A stretch of DNA of 64,000 bases from Eledone cirrhosa (lineage: Eukaryota): NCBI GenBank assembly GCA_964016885.1, contig OZ024753.1, positions 23,622,001 through 23,686,000 of the forward strand, written 5' to 3'. Of this stretch, positions 39,501-54,500 are shown piece after piece. The translations under genes and the position numbers were made by a program. The notes beneath the pieces are model-generated. The model had not been told where the DNA came from and did no database searches. It saw nothing but the letters and a program-made list of their open reading frames with translations. The first letter of the stretch is position 1, and the number at the start of each line of letters is the position of its first letter.

Positions 39501-42500
39501 GGACACTGTTATTGTATCCTAACACTCCGTGTGACACTGTTTTGCTTGTTTACCACCTTTCTGTGGGACACTCTGTTACTTGTATCTTACCTCTCTGTGG
39601 GACACTGTTACTTGTATCCTACCTCTCTGTGGGATAGTGTGTTACTTGTATTCCACCTTTCTGTGGGACATTGTGTTACTTGTATCCTACTTCTCTATGG
39701 GACATTGTTTTACTTGAATCGCACCATTCTGTGGGACACTGTCTTACTTGTATCCTAGTTTTCTGTGGGACACTGTTTCCTGTATCCTACCTCTCTTTGT
39801 CACATTGTGTCATTTGTATCCTAGCTCTCTGTGGGACAGTGTTTATTGTATCCTACCTCTCTGTGGGACACGGTTATTGTATACTAACCCTCTGCGGGAC
39901 ACTGTGTTAATTGTATCCCACCTCTATCTGGTACACTGTATTACTTGTATCGCACCCCTATATGGGACACTGTGTAATTGTTATCCCACCTTTCTGTGGG
40001 ACACTGTCTTACTTGTATCCTACCCCTCTGTTGTACACTGTGTTACTTATACCTTACCTTTCTGAGGGACACTGTTTTACTTGTATCCTACCTCTCTTTG
40101 TGACACTGTGTCACTTGTATCCTACCTCTCTGTGGGACACTGGTTTATTTGTATCCCACCTCTGTTTGGGAGACTGTGTTACTTGTATCCTACCTTTCTG
40201 TGGGACACTGTGTTACGTGTATCTTACCTCTCTGTGGGACACTGTGTTAAGGGTATCCCACATTTCTGTGGGACACTGTGTTACTTGTATCCCACCTTTC
40301 TGCTGGACATTGTGTTACTTGTATCCTACCTTTCTGTGGGACATTGTGTTACTTGTATCCCACCTATCTGTGGGACACTGTCTTATTTGTATCCCACCAT
40401 TCTGTGGGACACTTTCTTAATTGTATACTACCTTTCTGTGGTACACCGTGTTACTTGTATCCCGCCTCTCTGTGGGAGACTGTGTTACTTGCATCCTACC
40501 TTTCTGTGGGACACTCTTTCTTGTATCCTACCTCTCTGTGGGACACTGTGTTACTTGTATCCTACCGCTCTGTGGGACACTGTGTTACTTGTATCCTACC
40601 TTTCTGTGGGACACTGTTTTACTTGTATCGCACCGATATGTCGGACACTGTTTCACTTGTATCCCACCTTTCTGTGGGATACTGTGTTACTTGTATCCTA
40701 CCTCTCCGTGGGACACTGTGTTACATGTATCCTTCCTTTCTGTGGGACACTGTTTTACTTGTATCCTACCTTTCTGTGGGACACTGTCTTACTTGTATCC
40801 TACCTTTCCGTGGGACACTGTTTTACTTGTATCCTACCTCTCTGTGGGACACTGTGTTACTTGCATCCTACCTTTCTGTGGGACACTGTTTCTTGTATCC
40901 TACCTCTCTGTGGGACACTGTTTTACTTGTATCCTACCTCTCTGTGGGACACTGTTACTCGTATCCTAACTCTCTGTTGGACACTTGGTTACTTGTATTC
41001 CACCTTTCTGTGGGACACTGTTAATTGTATCCTACCTCTCTGTGGGACACTGTTATTGTAACCTAACTCTCATTGGGACACTATGTTACTTGAATACCAC
41101 CTTTCTCTGGGACACTGTGTTACTTGTATCCCACTTCTTTGTGGGACACTGCGTTACTTGTAATCCACCATTCTGTGGGTCACTGTGTTACTTGTATCAA
41201 ACCATTCCGTGGGTCGCTGTCTCACTTGTATCCTCCTTCTCTGTGAGACACTGTCTTACTTGTATCCTACCACTCTGTTGTACACTGTGTTACTTATACC
41301 TTACCTTTCTGAGGGACACTGTTTTACTTGTATCCTACCTCTCTTTGTGACACTGTGTCACTAGTATCCTACCTCTCTCTGGGACACTGGGTTATTTGTA
41401 TCCCACCTCTGTTTGGGAGACTGTGTTACTTGTATCCTACCTTTCTGTGGGACACTGTGTTACGTGTATCTTACCTCTCTGTGGGACACTGTGTTACGGG
41501 TATCCCACATTTCTGTGGGACACTGTGTTACTTGTATCCTACCTCTCTGTGGGACACTGTGTTACTTGTATCTTACCTCTCTGTGGGACACTATTACTTG
41601 TATCCTACCTTTCTATGTGACACTGTTACTTGTATTCTTCATCTCTGTGGGACACTGTGTTACTTGTATCCTACCTCTATGTGGGACACATTGTATCACT
41701 GTATCCTACTCCTCTGTGTGACACTGTGTTACTTGTACCCTACCTTTCTGTGGGCTACTGTGTTACATGTATCCTGCATTGCTGTGGGACACTGTGTTAC
41801 TTGTATCCCACCTCTCTTTGGGACACTGTTATCGTATCCTATCTCTCTGTGGGACACTGTTTTACTTGTATCCCACCTTTCTGTTGGACACTGTGTTACT
41901 TGTATCCAACCTCTCTGTGAGACACTATTACTTGTATCCTACCTCTCTGTGGGACACTGTGTTACTTGTACCCTACCTCTCTGTGGAACATTGTTTTACT
42001 TGTGTCCTACCTCTCTGTGGGACACTGTGTCACTTGAATCCTACCTCTATGTGAGACACTATTACTTGTATCCTACCTCTTTGTGGGACACTGTGTTACC
42101 TGTATCATACCTTTCTGTGAGACACTGTGTTACTTGTATCCTACCTCTCTTTGGGACACTGCGTTACTTGTATCCTACCTTTCTGTGTGACACTGACTTA
42201 ATCGTATCCTACCATTCTGTGGGACACTGTGTTGCTTCTATACCACCTCTCTTTGGGACACTCTGTTAATTGTATCCCACCTTTCTCTGGCTCACTGTGT
42301 TATTTGTATCCTACCATTCTGTGGGACACTGTCTTACTTGTATCCTACTTCTCTGTGGGACACTGTATTACTTGTCTCCCACCTTTCTATGGGACACTGT
42401 CTTACTTGTATCCAACCTTTCTATGGGACACTGTCTTACTTGTATCCTACTTCTCTGTGGGACACTGTGTTACTTGAATCCCAACTTTCTGTGGGACACT

Positions 42501-45500
42501 GTGTTATTTGTATCCCACTTCTCTGTGGCACACTGTGTTACTTGTATCCCACCCCTATGTGGTACACTGTGTTACTTGTAGCCCAGTTTTCTGTGGAACA
42601 CTGTGTTTCTTGTATACTACCTTTCTGTGGGACACTGTCTTACTTGTACCCCACCTCTCTGTTGGACACTGTGTCACTTGTATCCTACCTTTCTGTGGGA
42701 CAATTTGTTACTTGTATCCCACCCTTCTGTGGGACACTGTATTCCTTGTATCCTACCTCTCTGTGGGATACTGTCTTAGTTGTATCCTACCTCTCTGTGG
42801 GACACTGTCTTACTTGTATTCCACCTCTCTGTGGGGCACTATTTTACTTGTGTCCCACCTTTCTGTGGGATACTCTTACTTGTATCCCACCTCTCTGTTG
42901 GACACTGTGTCACTTGTATCCTACCTCTCTGTGGGACACTGTGTTACTTGTATCCTACCTCTCTGTGGGACACTGTTACTTGTATCCTCCTCTCTGTGGG
43001 ACACTGTGTTACTTGTATCCCATCTTTCTGTGGGACACTGTATTACTTGTATCCCACCTTTCTGTGGGACACTGTGTTACTTGTATCCCACCTCTCTATG
43101 GGACATTGTCTTACTTGTATCCTACCTCTTTGTGGGACACTGTCTTACTTGTATTCCACCTCTCTGTGGGGCATTGTTTTACTTGTATCCTACATTTCTG
43201 TGGTACACTGTGTTACTTGTTTCCTACCACCGTGTGGGAGATTGTGTTACTTGTATTCTGCCTTTCTGTGGGACACTGTATTACTTGTATCCCACCTTTG
43301 TATGGGACACTGTATTACTTGTACCCTACCTCTCTGTTGGACACTGTATTACTTGTATCCCACCTATCTGTGAGACATTGTGTTACTCTTATCCCACCTT
43401 TCTGTGGGACACTGTGTTACTTGTATCCTACCGTTCTGTGGGACACTGTGTTACTTGTATCCCACCATTCTGATGTACGCCGTGTTACTTGTATCCCACA
43501 TTTCTGTGGGATACTGTGTTACTCGTATTATCCCTCTGTGTGGGACACTGTATTACTTGTACCATACCTTTCTGTGGGACACTGTGTTACTTGCATCCCA
43601 TCTTTCTGTGAGACAGTGTTACTTGTATCCCACTTTTCTGTGAGACACTGTTTCGTGTATCCTACCTCTCTTTGGGACACTGTGTTACTTGTATCCTACT
43701 TTTATGTGGGACACTGTGTTGCTTGTATTCTACCTCTCTATGGGACACTGTTTTACTTGTAACTCACCTTTCTTTGGGACACTGTTTTCCTTGTATCCAA
43801 CCTCTTTGTGGGACACTGTCTTACTCGTATCCTACCTCTCTGTGGGACACTGTCTTACTCGTATCCTACCTCTCTGTGGGACACTGTGTTACTTGTCCCC
43901 TACCTCTCTGTGGGACACTGTGTTACTTGTACCCTATCTCTCTCTGGAACATTGTGTTACTTGTATCCTACCTCTCTGTGGGATACTGTTACTTGTATTC
44001 TACCGCTCTGTGGGACACTGTGTTACTTGTATCCCACCTTTCTGTGGGACACGGTATTACTTGTATCCCACCTTTCTGTGGGACACTGTCTTACTTGTAT
44101 CCCACCTTTCTGTGGGACACTCTCTTACTTGTATCCTACCTCTCTGTGGAACACTGTTACTTGTATTCTACCTTTCTGTGGGACACTGTGTTACCTGTAT
44201 GCTACATCTATGTGGGACACTGTGTTACTTGTATCCCACCTTTCTGTGGGACACTGTGTTACATGTATCCTTTCTTTCTGTGGGACACTGTCTTACTTGT
44301 ATCCTACCTCTCTTTGGGACACTGCGTTACTTGTATCCTACCTTTCTGTGTGACACTGACTTAATCGTATCCTACCATTCTGTGGGACACTGTGTTGCTT
44401 CTATACCACCTCTCTTTGGGACACTCTGTTAATTGTATCCCACCTTTCTCTGGCTCACTGTGTTATTTGTATCCTACCATTCTGTGGGACACTGTCTTAA
44501 TTGTATCCTACTTCTCTGTGGGACACTCTATTACTTGTCTCCCACCTTTCTATGGGACACGGTCTTACTTGTATTCAACCTTTCTATGGGACACTGTCTT
44601 ACTTGTATCCTACTTCTCTGTGGGACACTGTGTTACTTGAATCCCAACTTTCTGTGGGACACTGTGTTACTTGTATCCTACCTCTCTGTGGGACACTGTG
44701 TTACTTGTATCCTACGTCTCTGTGGGACACTGTGTTACTTGTAGCCCACTTTTCTGTGGGACACTGTGTTACTTGTATCTTACCTTACTGTGGGACACTC
44801 TCTTACTTGTATGTTACCTGTCTGTGGGACACTGTGTTTCTTGTATTCTACCTTTCTGTGGGACACTGTGTTACTTGTATCCCACCTGTCTGTTGGACAC
44901 TGTGTCACTTGTATCCTACCTTTCTGTGGGACACTTTGTTACTTGTATCCCACCCTTCTGTGGGACACTGTATTCCTTGTATCCTACCTCTCTGTGGGAT
45001 ACTGTCTTAGTTGTATCCTACCTCTCTGTGGGACACTGTCTTACTTGTATTCCACCTCTCTGTGGGGCACTATTTTACTTGTGTCCCACCTTTCTGTGGG
45101 ATACTCTTACTTGTATCCCACCTCTCTGTTGGACACTGTGTCACTTGTATCCTACCTCTCTGTGGGACACTGTGTTACTTGTATCCTACCTCTCTGTGGG
45201 ACACTGTTACTTGTATCCTACCTCTCTGTGGGACACTGTGTTACTTGTATCCCATCTTTCTGTGGGACACTGTATTACTTGTATCCCACCTTTCTGTGGG
45301 ACACTCTGTTACTTGTATCCCACCTCTCTATGGGACACTGTCTTACTTGTATCCTACCTCTTTGTGGGACACTGTCTTACTTGTATTCCACCTCTCTGTG
45401 GGTCATTGTTTTACTTGTATCCTACCTTTCTGTGGTACACTGTGTTACTTGTTTCCTACCACTGTGTGGGAGACTGTGTTACTTGTATTCTGCCTTTCTG

Positions 45501-48500
45501 TGGGACACTGTATTACTTGTATCCCACCTTTGTATGGGACACTGTATTACTTGTATCCTACCTCTCTGTTGGACACTGTATTACTTGTATCCCACTTTTC
45601 TGTGAGACATTGTGTTACTCTTATCCCACCTTTCTGTGGGACACTGTGTTACTTGTATCCTACCGTTCTGTGGGACACTGTGTTACTTGTATCCCACCTT
45701 TCTGTTGTACGCCGTGTTACTTGTATCCCACATTTCTGTGGGATACTGTGTTACTCGTATTATCCCTCTGTGTGGGACACTGTGTTACTTGTACCATACC
45801 TTTCTGTGGGACACTGTGTTACTTGCATCCCATCTTTCTGTGAGACGGTGTTACTTGTATCCCACTTTTCTGTGAGACACTGTTTCTTGTATCCTACCTC
45901 TCTTTGGGACACTGTGTTACTTGTATCCTACTTTTCTGTGGGACACTGTGTTGCTTGTATTCTTCCTCTCTATGGGACACTGTTTTACTTGTAACCCACC
46001 TTTCTTTGGGACACTGTTTTCCTTGTATCCTACCTCTTTGTGGGACACTGTCTTACTCGTATCCTACGTCTCTGTGGGACACTGTGTTACTTGTACCCTA
46101 CCTCTCTGTGTGACACTGTGTTACTTGTACCCTACCTCTCTGTGGAACATTGTGTTACTTGTATCCTACCTCTCTGTGGGACACTGTTACTTGTATTCTA
46201 CCGCTCTGTGGGACACGGTGTTACTTGTATCCCACCTTTCTGTGGGACACTGTATTACTTGTATCCCACCTTTCTGTGGGACACTGTCTTACTTGTATCC
46301 CACCTTTCTGTGGGACACTGTCTTACTTGTATCCTACCTCTCTGTGGAACACTGTTACTTGTATCCTACCTTTCTGTGGGACACTGTGTTACCTGTATGC
46401 TACATCTATGTGGGACACTGTGTTACTTGTATCCCACCTTTCTGTTGGACACTGTGTTACTTGTATGCTACCTTTCTGTGGGACACTGTGTTACTTGTAT
46501 CCTACCTCTCTGTGGGACACTATGTTACTTGTAACCTACATTTCTGTGGGACACTGTGTTTCTTGTATCCCACCTCTCTGTGGGACACTGTGTTACATGT
46601 ATCCTTCCTTTCTGTGGGACACTGTCTTACTTGTATTCCACCACTCTGTGGGACACTGTGTTACTTGTATCCTACCTCTCTCTGGGACACTGTGTTACTT
46701 GCATCCTACCTCTCTGTGGGACACTCTGTTACTTGTATCCTACCTCTCTTTGTGACACTGTGTCACTTCTATCCTACCTCTCTGTGGGACACTGGGTTAT
46801 TTGTATCCCACCTCTTTTTGAGAGACTGTATTACTTGTATCCTACCTTTCTGTGGGACACTGTGTTACGTGTTTCTTACCTCTCTGTGGGACACTGTGTT
46901 ACTTGTATCCCACATTTCTGTGGGACACTGTGATACTTGTATCCTGCCTCTCTTTGGGACACTGTGTTACTTGTATCTGACCTCTCTATGTGACACTGTT
47001 ACTTGTATCCTACCACTCTCTGAGACACTGTGTTACTTGTATTATACCTCACTGTGGGACACTGTGTTACTTGTATCCTACCTCTCTATGGGACATATTG
47101 TATCACTGTATCCTACAACTCTGTGGGACACTGTGTTACTTGAACACTACCTTTCTGTGGGATACTGTATTACATGTATCCTACATTACTGTGGGACACT
47201 GTCTTACTTATATCCCACCTCTCTTTGGGACACTGTTTTTGTATCCTAACTTTCTGTGGGACAATGTTTTACTTGTATCCCACCTTTCTGTGGGACACTG
47301 TCTTACGTGTATCCCACCTTTCTGCTGGACACTGTGTTACTTGTATCCTACCTTTCTGTGGGACATTGTGTTACTTGTATCCCACCTATCTGTGGGACAC
47401 TGTCTTACTTGTATCCCACCATTCTGTGGGACACTTTGTTAGTTGTATCCTACCTTTCTGTGGTACACCGTGTTACTTGTATCCCACCTCTCTGTGGGAG
47501 ACTGTGTTACTTGCATCCTAGCTTTCTGTGGGACACTCTTTCTTGTATCCTACCTCTCTGTGGGACACTGTGTTACTTGTATCCTAGCGCTCTGTGGGAC
47601 ACTGTGTTACTTGTATCCTACCTTTCTGTGGGACACTGTTTTACTTGTATCGCACCGATATGTCGGACACTGTTTCACTTGTATCCCACCTTTCTGTGTT
47701 ACTTGTATCCTACCTCTCTGTGGGACACTGTGTTACATGTATCCTTCCTTTCTGTGGGACACTGTTTTACTTGTATCCTACCTTTCTGTGGGACACTGTC
47801 TTACTTGTATCCTACCTTTCCGTGGGACACTGTTTTACTTGTATCCTACCTCTCTGTGGGACACTGTGTTACTTGCATCCTACCTTTCTGTGGGACACTG
47901 TTTCTTGAATCCTACCTCTCTGTGGGACACTGTTTTACTTGTATTCTACCTCTCTGTGGGACACTGTTACTCGTATCCTAACTCTCTGTTGGACACTGCG
48001 TTACTTGTATCCCGCCTTTCTGTGGGACACTGTTAATTGTATCCTACCTCACTGTGGGACACTGTTATTGTAACCTAACTCTCATTGGGACACTATGTTA
48101 CTTGAATCCCACCTTTCTCTGGGACACTGTGTTACTTGTATCCCACTTCTTTGTGGGACACTGCGTTACTTGTAATCCACCATTCTGTGGGTCACTGTGT
48201 TACATGTATCCCACCATTCTGTGGGTCACTGTCTCACTTGTATCCTCCTTCTCTGTGAGACACTGTCTTACTTGTATCCTACCTCTCTGTTGTACACTGT
48301 GTTACTTATACCTTACCTTTCTGAGGGACACTGTTTTACTTGTATCCTACCTCTCTTTGTGACACTGTGTCACTTGTATCCTACCTCTCTGTGGGACACT
48401 GGGTTATTTGTATCCCACCTCTGTTTGGGAGACTGTGTTACTTGCATCCTACCTTTCTGTGGGACACTGTGTTACGTGCATCTTACCTCTCTGTGGGACA

Positions 48501-51500
48501 CTGTGTTACGGGTATCCCACATTTCTGTGGGACACTGTGTTACTTGTATCCTACCTCTCTGTGGGACACTGTGTTACTTGTATCTTACCTATCTGTGGGA
48601 CACTATTACTTGTATCCTACCTTTCTATGTGACACTGTTACTTGTATTCTTCATCTCTGTGGGACACTGTGTTACTTGTATCCTATCTCTCTGTGGGACA
48701 CATTGTATCACTGTATCCTACTCCTCTGTGTGACACTGTGTTACTTGTACCCTACCTTTCTGTGGGCTACTGTGTTACATGTATCCTGCATTGCTGTGGG
48801 ACACTGTGTTACTTGTATCCCACCTCTCTTTGGGACACTGTTATTGTATCCTATCTCTCTGTGGGACACTGTTTTACTTGTATCCCACCTTTCTATTGGA
48901 CACTCTGTTACTTGTATCCAACGTCTCTGTGAGACACTATTACTTGTATCCTACCTCTCTGTGGGACACTGTGTTACTTGTACCCTACCTCTCTGTGGAA
49001 CATTGTTTTACTTGTGTCCTACCTCTCTGTGGGACACTGTGTCACTTGAATCCTACCTCTATGTGAGACACTATTACTTGTATCCTACCTCTTTGTGGGA
49101 CACTGTGTTACCTGTATCATACCTTTCTGTGAGACACTGTGTTACTTGTATCCTACCTCTCTTTGGGACACTGCGTTACTTGTATCCTACCTTTCTGTGT
49201 GACACTGACTTAATCGTATCCTACCATTCTGTGGGACACTGTGTTGCTTCTATACCACCTCTCTTTGGGACACTCTGTTAATTGTATCCCACCTTTCTCT
49301 GGCTCACTGTGTTATTTGTATCCTACCATTCTGTGGGACACTGTCTTACTTGTATCCTACTTCTCTGTGGGACACTGTATTACTTGTCTCCCACCTTTCT
49401 ATGGGACACTGTCTTACTTGTATCCAACCTTTCTATGGGACACTGTCTTACTTGTATCCTACTTCTCTGTGGGACACTGTGTTACTTGAATCCCAACTTT
49501 CTGTGGGACACTGTGTTATTTGTATCCCACTTCTCTGTGGCACACTGTGTTACTTGTATCCCACCCCTATGTGGTACACTGTGTTACTTGTAGCCCACTT
49601 TTCTGTGGGACACTGTGTTACTTGTATCTTACCTTACTGTGGGACACTGTCTTACTTGTATGCTACCTGTCTGTGGGACACTGTGTTTCTTGTATACTAC
49701 CTTTCTGTGGGACACTGTGTTACTTGTATCCCACCCTTCTGTGGGACACTGTATTCCTTGTATCCTACCTCTCTGTGGGATACTGTCTTAGTTGTATCCT
49801 ACCTCTCTGTGGGACACTGTCTTACTTGTATTCCACCTCTCTGTGGGGCACTATTTTACTTGTGTCCCACCTTTCTGTGGGATACTCTTACTTGTATCCC
49901 ACCTCTCTGTTGGACACTGTGTCACTTGTATCCTACCTCTCTGTGGGACACTGTGTTACTTGTATCCTACCTCTCTGTGGGACACTGTTACTTGTATCCT
50001 ACCTCTCTGTGGGACACTGTGTTACTTGTATCCCATCTTTCTGTGGGACACTGTATTACTTGTATCCCACCTTTCTGTGGGACACTGTGTTACTTGTATC
50101 CCACCTCTCTATGGGACACTGTCTTACTTGTATCCTACCTCTTTGTGGGACACTGTCTTACTTGTATTCCACCTCTCTGTGGGGCTCTATTTTACTTGTG
50201 TCCCACCTTTCTGTGGGATACTCTTACTTGTATCCCACCTCTCTGTTGGACACTGTGTCACTTGTATCCTACCTCTCTGTGGGACACTGTGTTACTTGTA
50301 TCCTACCTCTCTGGGGGACACTGTTACTTGTATCCTACCTCTCTGTGGGACACTGTGTTACTTGTATCCCATCTTTCTGTGGGACACTGTATTACTTGTA
50401 TCCCACCTTTCTGTGGGACACTGTGTTACTTGTATCCCACCTCTCTATGGGACACTGTCTTACTTGTATCCTACCTCTTTGTGGGACACTGTCTTACTTG
50501 TATTCCACCTCCCTGTGGGTCATTGTTTTACTTGTATCCTACCTTTCTGTGGTACACTGTGTTACTTGTTTCCTACCACTGTGTGGGAGACTGTGTTACT
50601 TGTATTCTGCCTTTCTGTGGGACACTGTATTACTTGTATCCCACCTTTGTATGGGACACTGTATTACTTGTATCCTACCTCTCTGTTGGACACTGTATTA
50701 CCTGTATCCCACCTTTCTGTGAGACATTGTGTTACTCTTATCCCACCTTTCTGTGGGACACTGTGTTACTTGTATCCTACCGTTCTGTGGGACACTGTGT
50801 TACTTGTATCCCACCTTTCTGTTGTACGCCGTGTTACTTGTATCCCACATTTCTGTGGGATACTGTGTTACTCGTACCATACCTTTCTGTGGGACACTGT
50901 GTTACTTGCATCCCATCTTTCTGTGAGACGGTGTTACTTGTATCCCACTTTTCTGTGAGACACTGTTTCTTGTATCCTACCTCTCTTTGGGACACTGTGT
51001 TACTTGTATCCTACTTTTCTGTGGGACACTGTGTTGCTTGTATTCTTCCTCTCTATGGGACACTGTTTTACTTGTAACCCACCTTTCTTTGGGACACTGT
51101 TTTCCTTGTATCCTACCTCTTTGTGGGACACTGTCTTACTCGTATCCTACGTCTCTGTGGGACACTGTGTTACTTGTACCCTACCTCTCTGTGGGACACT
51201 GTGTTACTTGTACCCTACCTCTCTGTGGAACATTGTGTTACTTGTATCCTACCTCTCTGTGGGACACTGTTACTTGTATTCTACCGCTCTGTGGGACACT
51301 GTGTTACTTGTATCCCACCTTTCTGTGGGACACTGTATTACTTGTATCCCACCTTTCTGTGGGACACTGTCTTACTTGTATCCCACCTTTCTGTGGGACA
51401 CTGTCTTACTTGTATCCTCCCTCTCTGTGGAACACTGTTACTTGTATCCTACCTCTCTGTTGTACACTGTGTTACTTATACCTTACCTTTCTGAGGGACA

Positions 51501-54500
51501 CTGTTTTACTTGTATCCTACCTCTCTTTGTGACACTGTGTCACTTGTATCCTACCTCTCTGTGGGACACTGGGTTATTTGTATCCCACCTCTGTTTGGGA
51601 GACTGTGTTACTTGCATCCTACCTTTCTGTGGGACACTGTGTTACGTGCATCTTACCTCTCTGTGGGACACTGTGTTACGGGTATCCCACATTTCTGTGG
51701 GACACTGTGTTACTTGTATCCTACCTCTCTGTGGGACACTGTGTTACTTGTATCTTACCTATCTGTGGGACACTATTACTTGTATCCTACCTTTCTATGT
51801 GACACTGTTACTTGTATTCTTCATCTCTGTGGGACACTGTGTTACTTGTATCCTATCTCTCTGTGGGACACATTGTATCACTGTATCCTACTCCTCTGTG
51901 TGACACTGTGTTACTTGTACCCTACCTTTCTGTGGGCTACTGTGTTACATGTATCCTGCATTGCTGTGGGACACTGTGTTACTTGTATCCCACCTCTCTT
52001 TGGGACACTGTTATTGTATCCTATCTCTCTGTGGGACACTGTTTTACTTGTATCCCACCTTTCTATTGGACACTCTGTTACTTGTATCCAACCTCTCTGT
52101 GAGACACTATTACTTGTATCCTACCTCTCTGTGGGACACTGTGTTACTTGTACCCTACCTCTCTGTGGAACATTGTTTTACTTGTGTCCTACCTCTCTGT
52201 GGGACACTGTGTCACTTGAATCCTACCTCTATGTGAGACACTATTACTTGTATCCTACCTCTTTGTGGGACACTGTGTTACCTGTATCATACCTTTCTGT
52301 GAGACACTGTGTTACTTGTATCCTACCTCTCTTTGGGACACTGCGTTACTTGTATCCTACCTTTCTGTGTGACACTGACTTAATCGTATCCTACCATTCT
52401 GTGGGACACTGTGTTGCTTCTATACCACCTCTCTTTGGGACACTCTGTTAATTGTATCCCACCTTTCTCTGGCTCACTGTGTTATTTGTATCCTACCATT
52501 CTGTGGGACACTGTCTTACTTGTATCCTACTTCTCTGTGGTACACTGTATTACTTGTCTCCCACCTTTCTATGGGACACTGTCTTACTTGTATCCAACCT
52601 TTCTATGGGACATTGTCTTACTTGTATCCTACTTCTCTGTGGGACACTGTGTTACTTGAATCCCAACTTTCTGTGGGACACTGTGTTATTTGTATCCCAC
52701 TTCTCTGTGGGACACTGTGTTACTTGTATCCCACCCCTATGTGGTACACTGTGTTACTTGTAGCCCACTTTTCTGTGGGACACTGTGTTACTTGTATCTT
52801 ACCTTACTGTGGGACACTGTCTTACTTGTATGCTACCTGTCTGTGGGACACTGTGTTTCTTGTATACTACCTTTCTGTGGGACACTGTGTTACTTGTATC
52901 CCACCCTTCTGTGGGACACTGTATTCCTTGTATCCTACCTCTCTGTGGGATACTGTCTTAGTTGTATCCTACCTCTCTGTGGGACACTGTCTTACTTGTA
53001 TTCCACCTCTCCGTGGGGCACTATTTTACTTGTGTCCCACCTTTCTGTGGGATACTCTTACTTGTATCCCACCTCTCTGTTGGACACTGTGTCACTTGTA
53101 TCCTACCTCTCTGTAGGACACTGTGTTACTTGTATCCTACCTCTCTGTGGGACACTGTTACTTGTATCCTACCTCTCTGTGGGACACTGTGTTACTTGTA
53201 TCCCATCTTTCTGTGGGACACTGTATTACTTGTATCCCACCTTTCTGTGGGACACTGTGTTACTTGTATCCCACATCTCTATGGGACACTGTCTTACTTG
53301 TATCCTACCTCTTTGTGGGACACTGTCTTACTTGTATTCCACCTCTCTGTGGGGCATTTTTTTACTTGTATCCTACCTTTCTGTGGTACACTGTGTTACT
53401 TGTTTCCTACCACTGTGTGGGAGACTGTGTTACTTGTATTCTGCCTTTCTGTGGGACACTGTATTACTTGTATCCCACCTTTGTATGGGACACTGTATTA
53501 TTTGTATCCTACCTCTCTGTTGGACACTGTATTACTTGTATCCCACCTTTCTGTGAGACATTGTGTTACACTTATCCCACCTTTCTGTGGGACACTGTGT
53601 TACTTGTATCCTACCGTTCTGTGGGACACTGTGTTACTTGTATCCCACCTTTCTGTTGTACGCCGTGTTACTTGTATCCCACATTTTTGTGGGATACTGT
53701 GTTATTCGTATTATCCCTCTGTGTGGGACACTGTATTACTTGTACCATACATTTCTGTGGGACACTGTGTTACTTGCATCCCATCTTTCTGTGAGACAGT
53801 GTTACTTGTATCCCACTTTTCTGTGAGACACTGTTTCTTGTATCCTACCTCTCTTTGGGACACTGTGTTACTTGTATCCTACTTTTCTGTGGGACACTGT
53901 GTTGCTTGTATTCTACCTCTCTATGGGACACTGTTTTACTTGTAACCCACCTTTCTTTGGGACACTGTTTTCCTCGTATCCTACCTCTTTGTGGGACACT
54001 GTCTTACTCGTATCCTACCTCTCTGTGGGACACTGTCTTACTCGTATCCTACCTCTGTGGGACACTGTGTTACTTGTACCCTGCCTCTCTGTGGAACATT
54101 GTGTTACTTGTATCCTACCTCTCTGTGGGACACTGTTACTTGTATTCTACCGCTCTGTGGGACAATATGTTACTTGTATCCCACCTTTCTGTGGGACACT
54201 GTCTTACTTGTATCCCACCTTTCTGTGGGACATTGTCTTACTTGTATCCTACCTCTCTGTGGAACACTGTTACTTGTATCCTACCTTTCTGTGGGACACT
54301 GTGTTACCTGTATGCTACATCTATGTGGGACACTGTGTTACTTGTATCCCACCTTTCTGTTGGACACTGTGTTACTTGTATCCTACCTTTCTGTGGGACA
54401 CTGTGTTACTTGTATCCTACCTCTCTGTGGAACATTGTGTTACTTGTAACCTACATTTCTGTGGGACACTGTGTTTCTTGTATCCCACCTCTCTGTTGGA

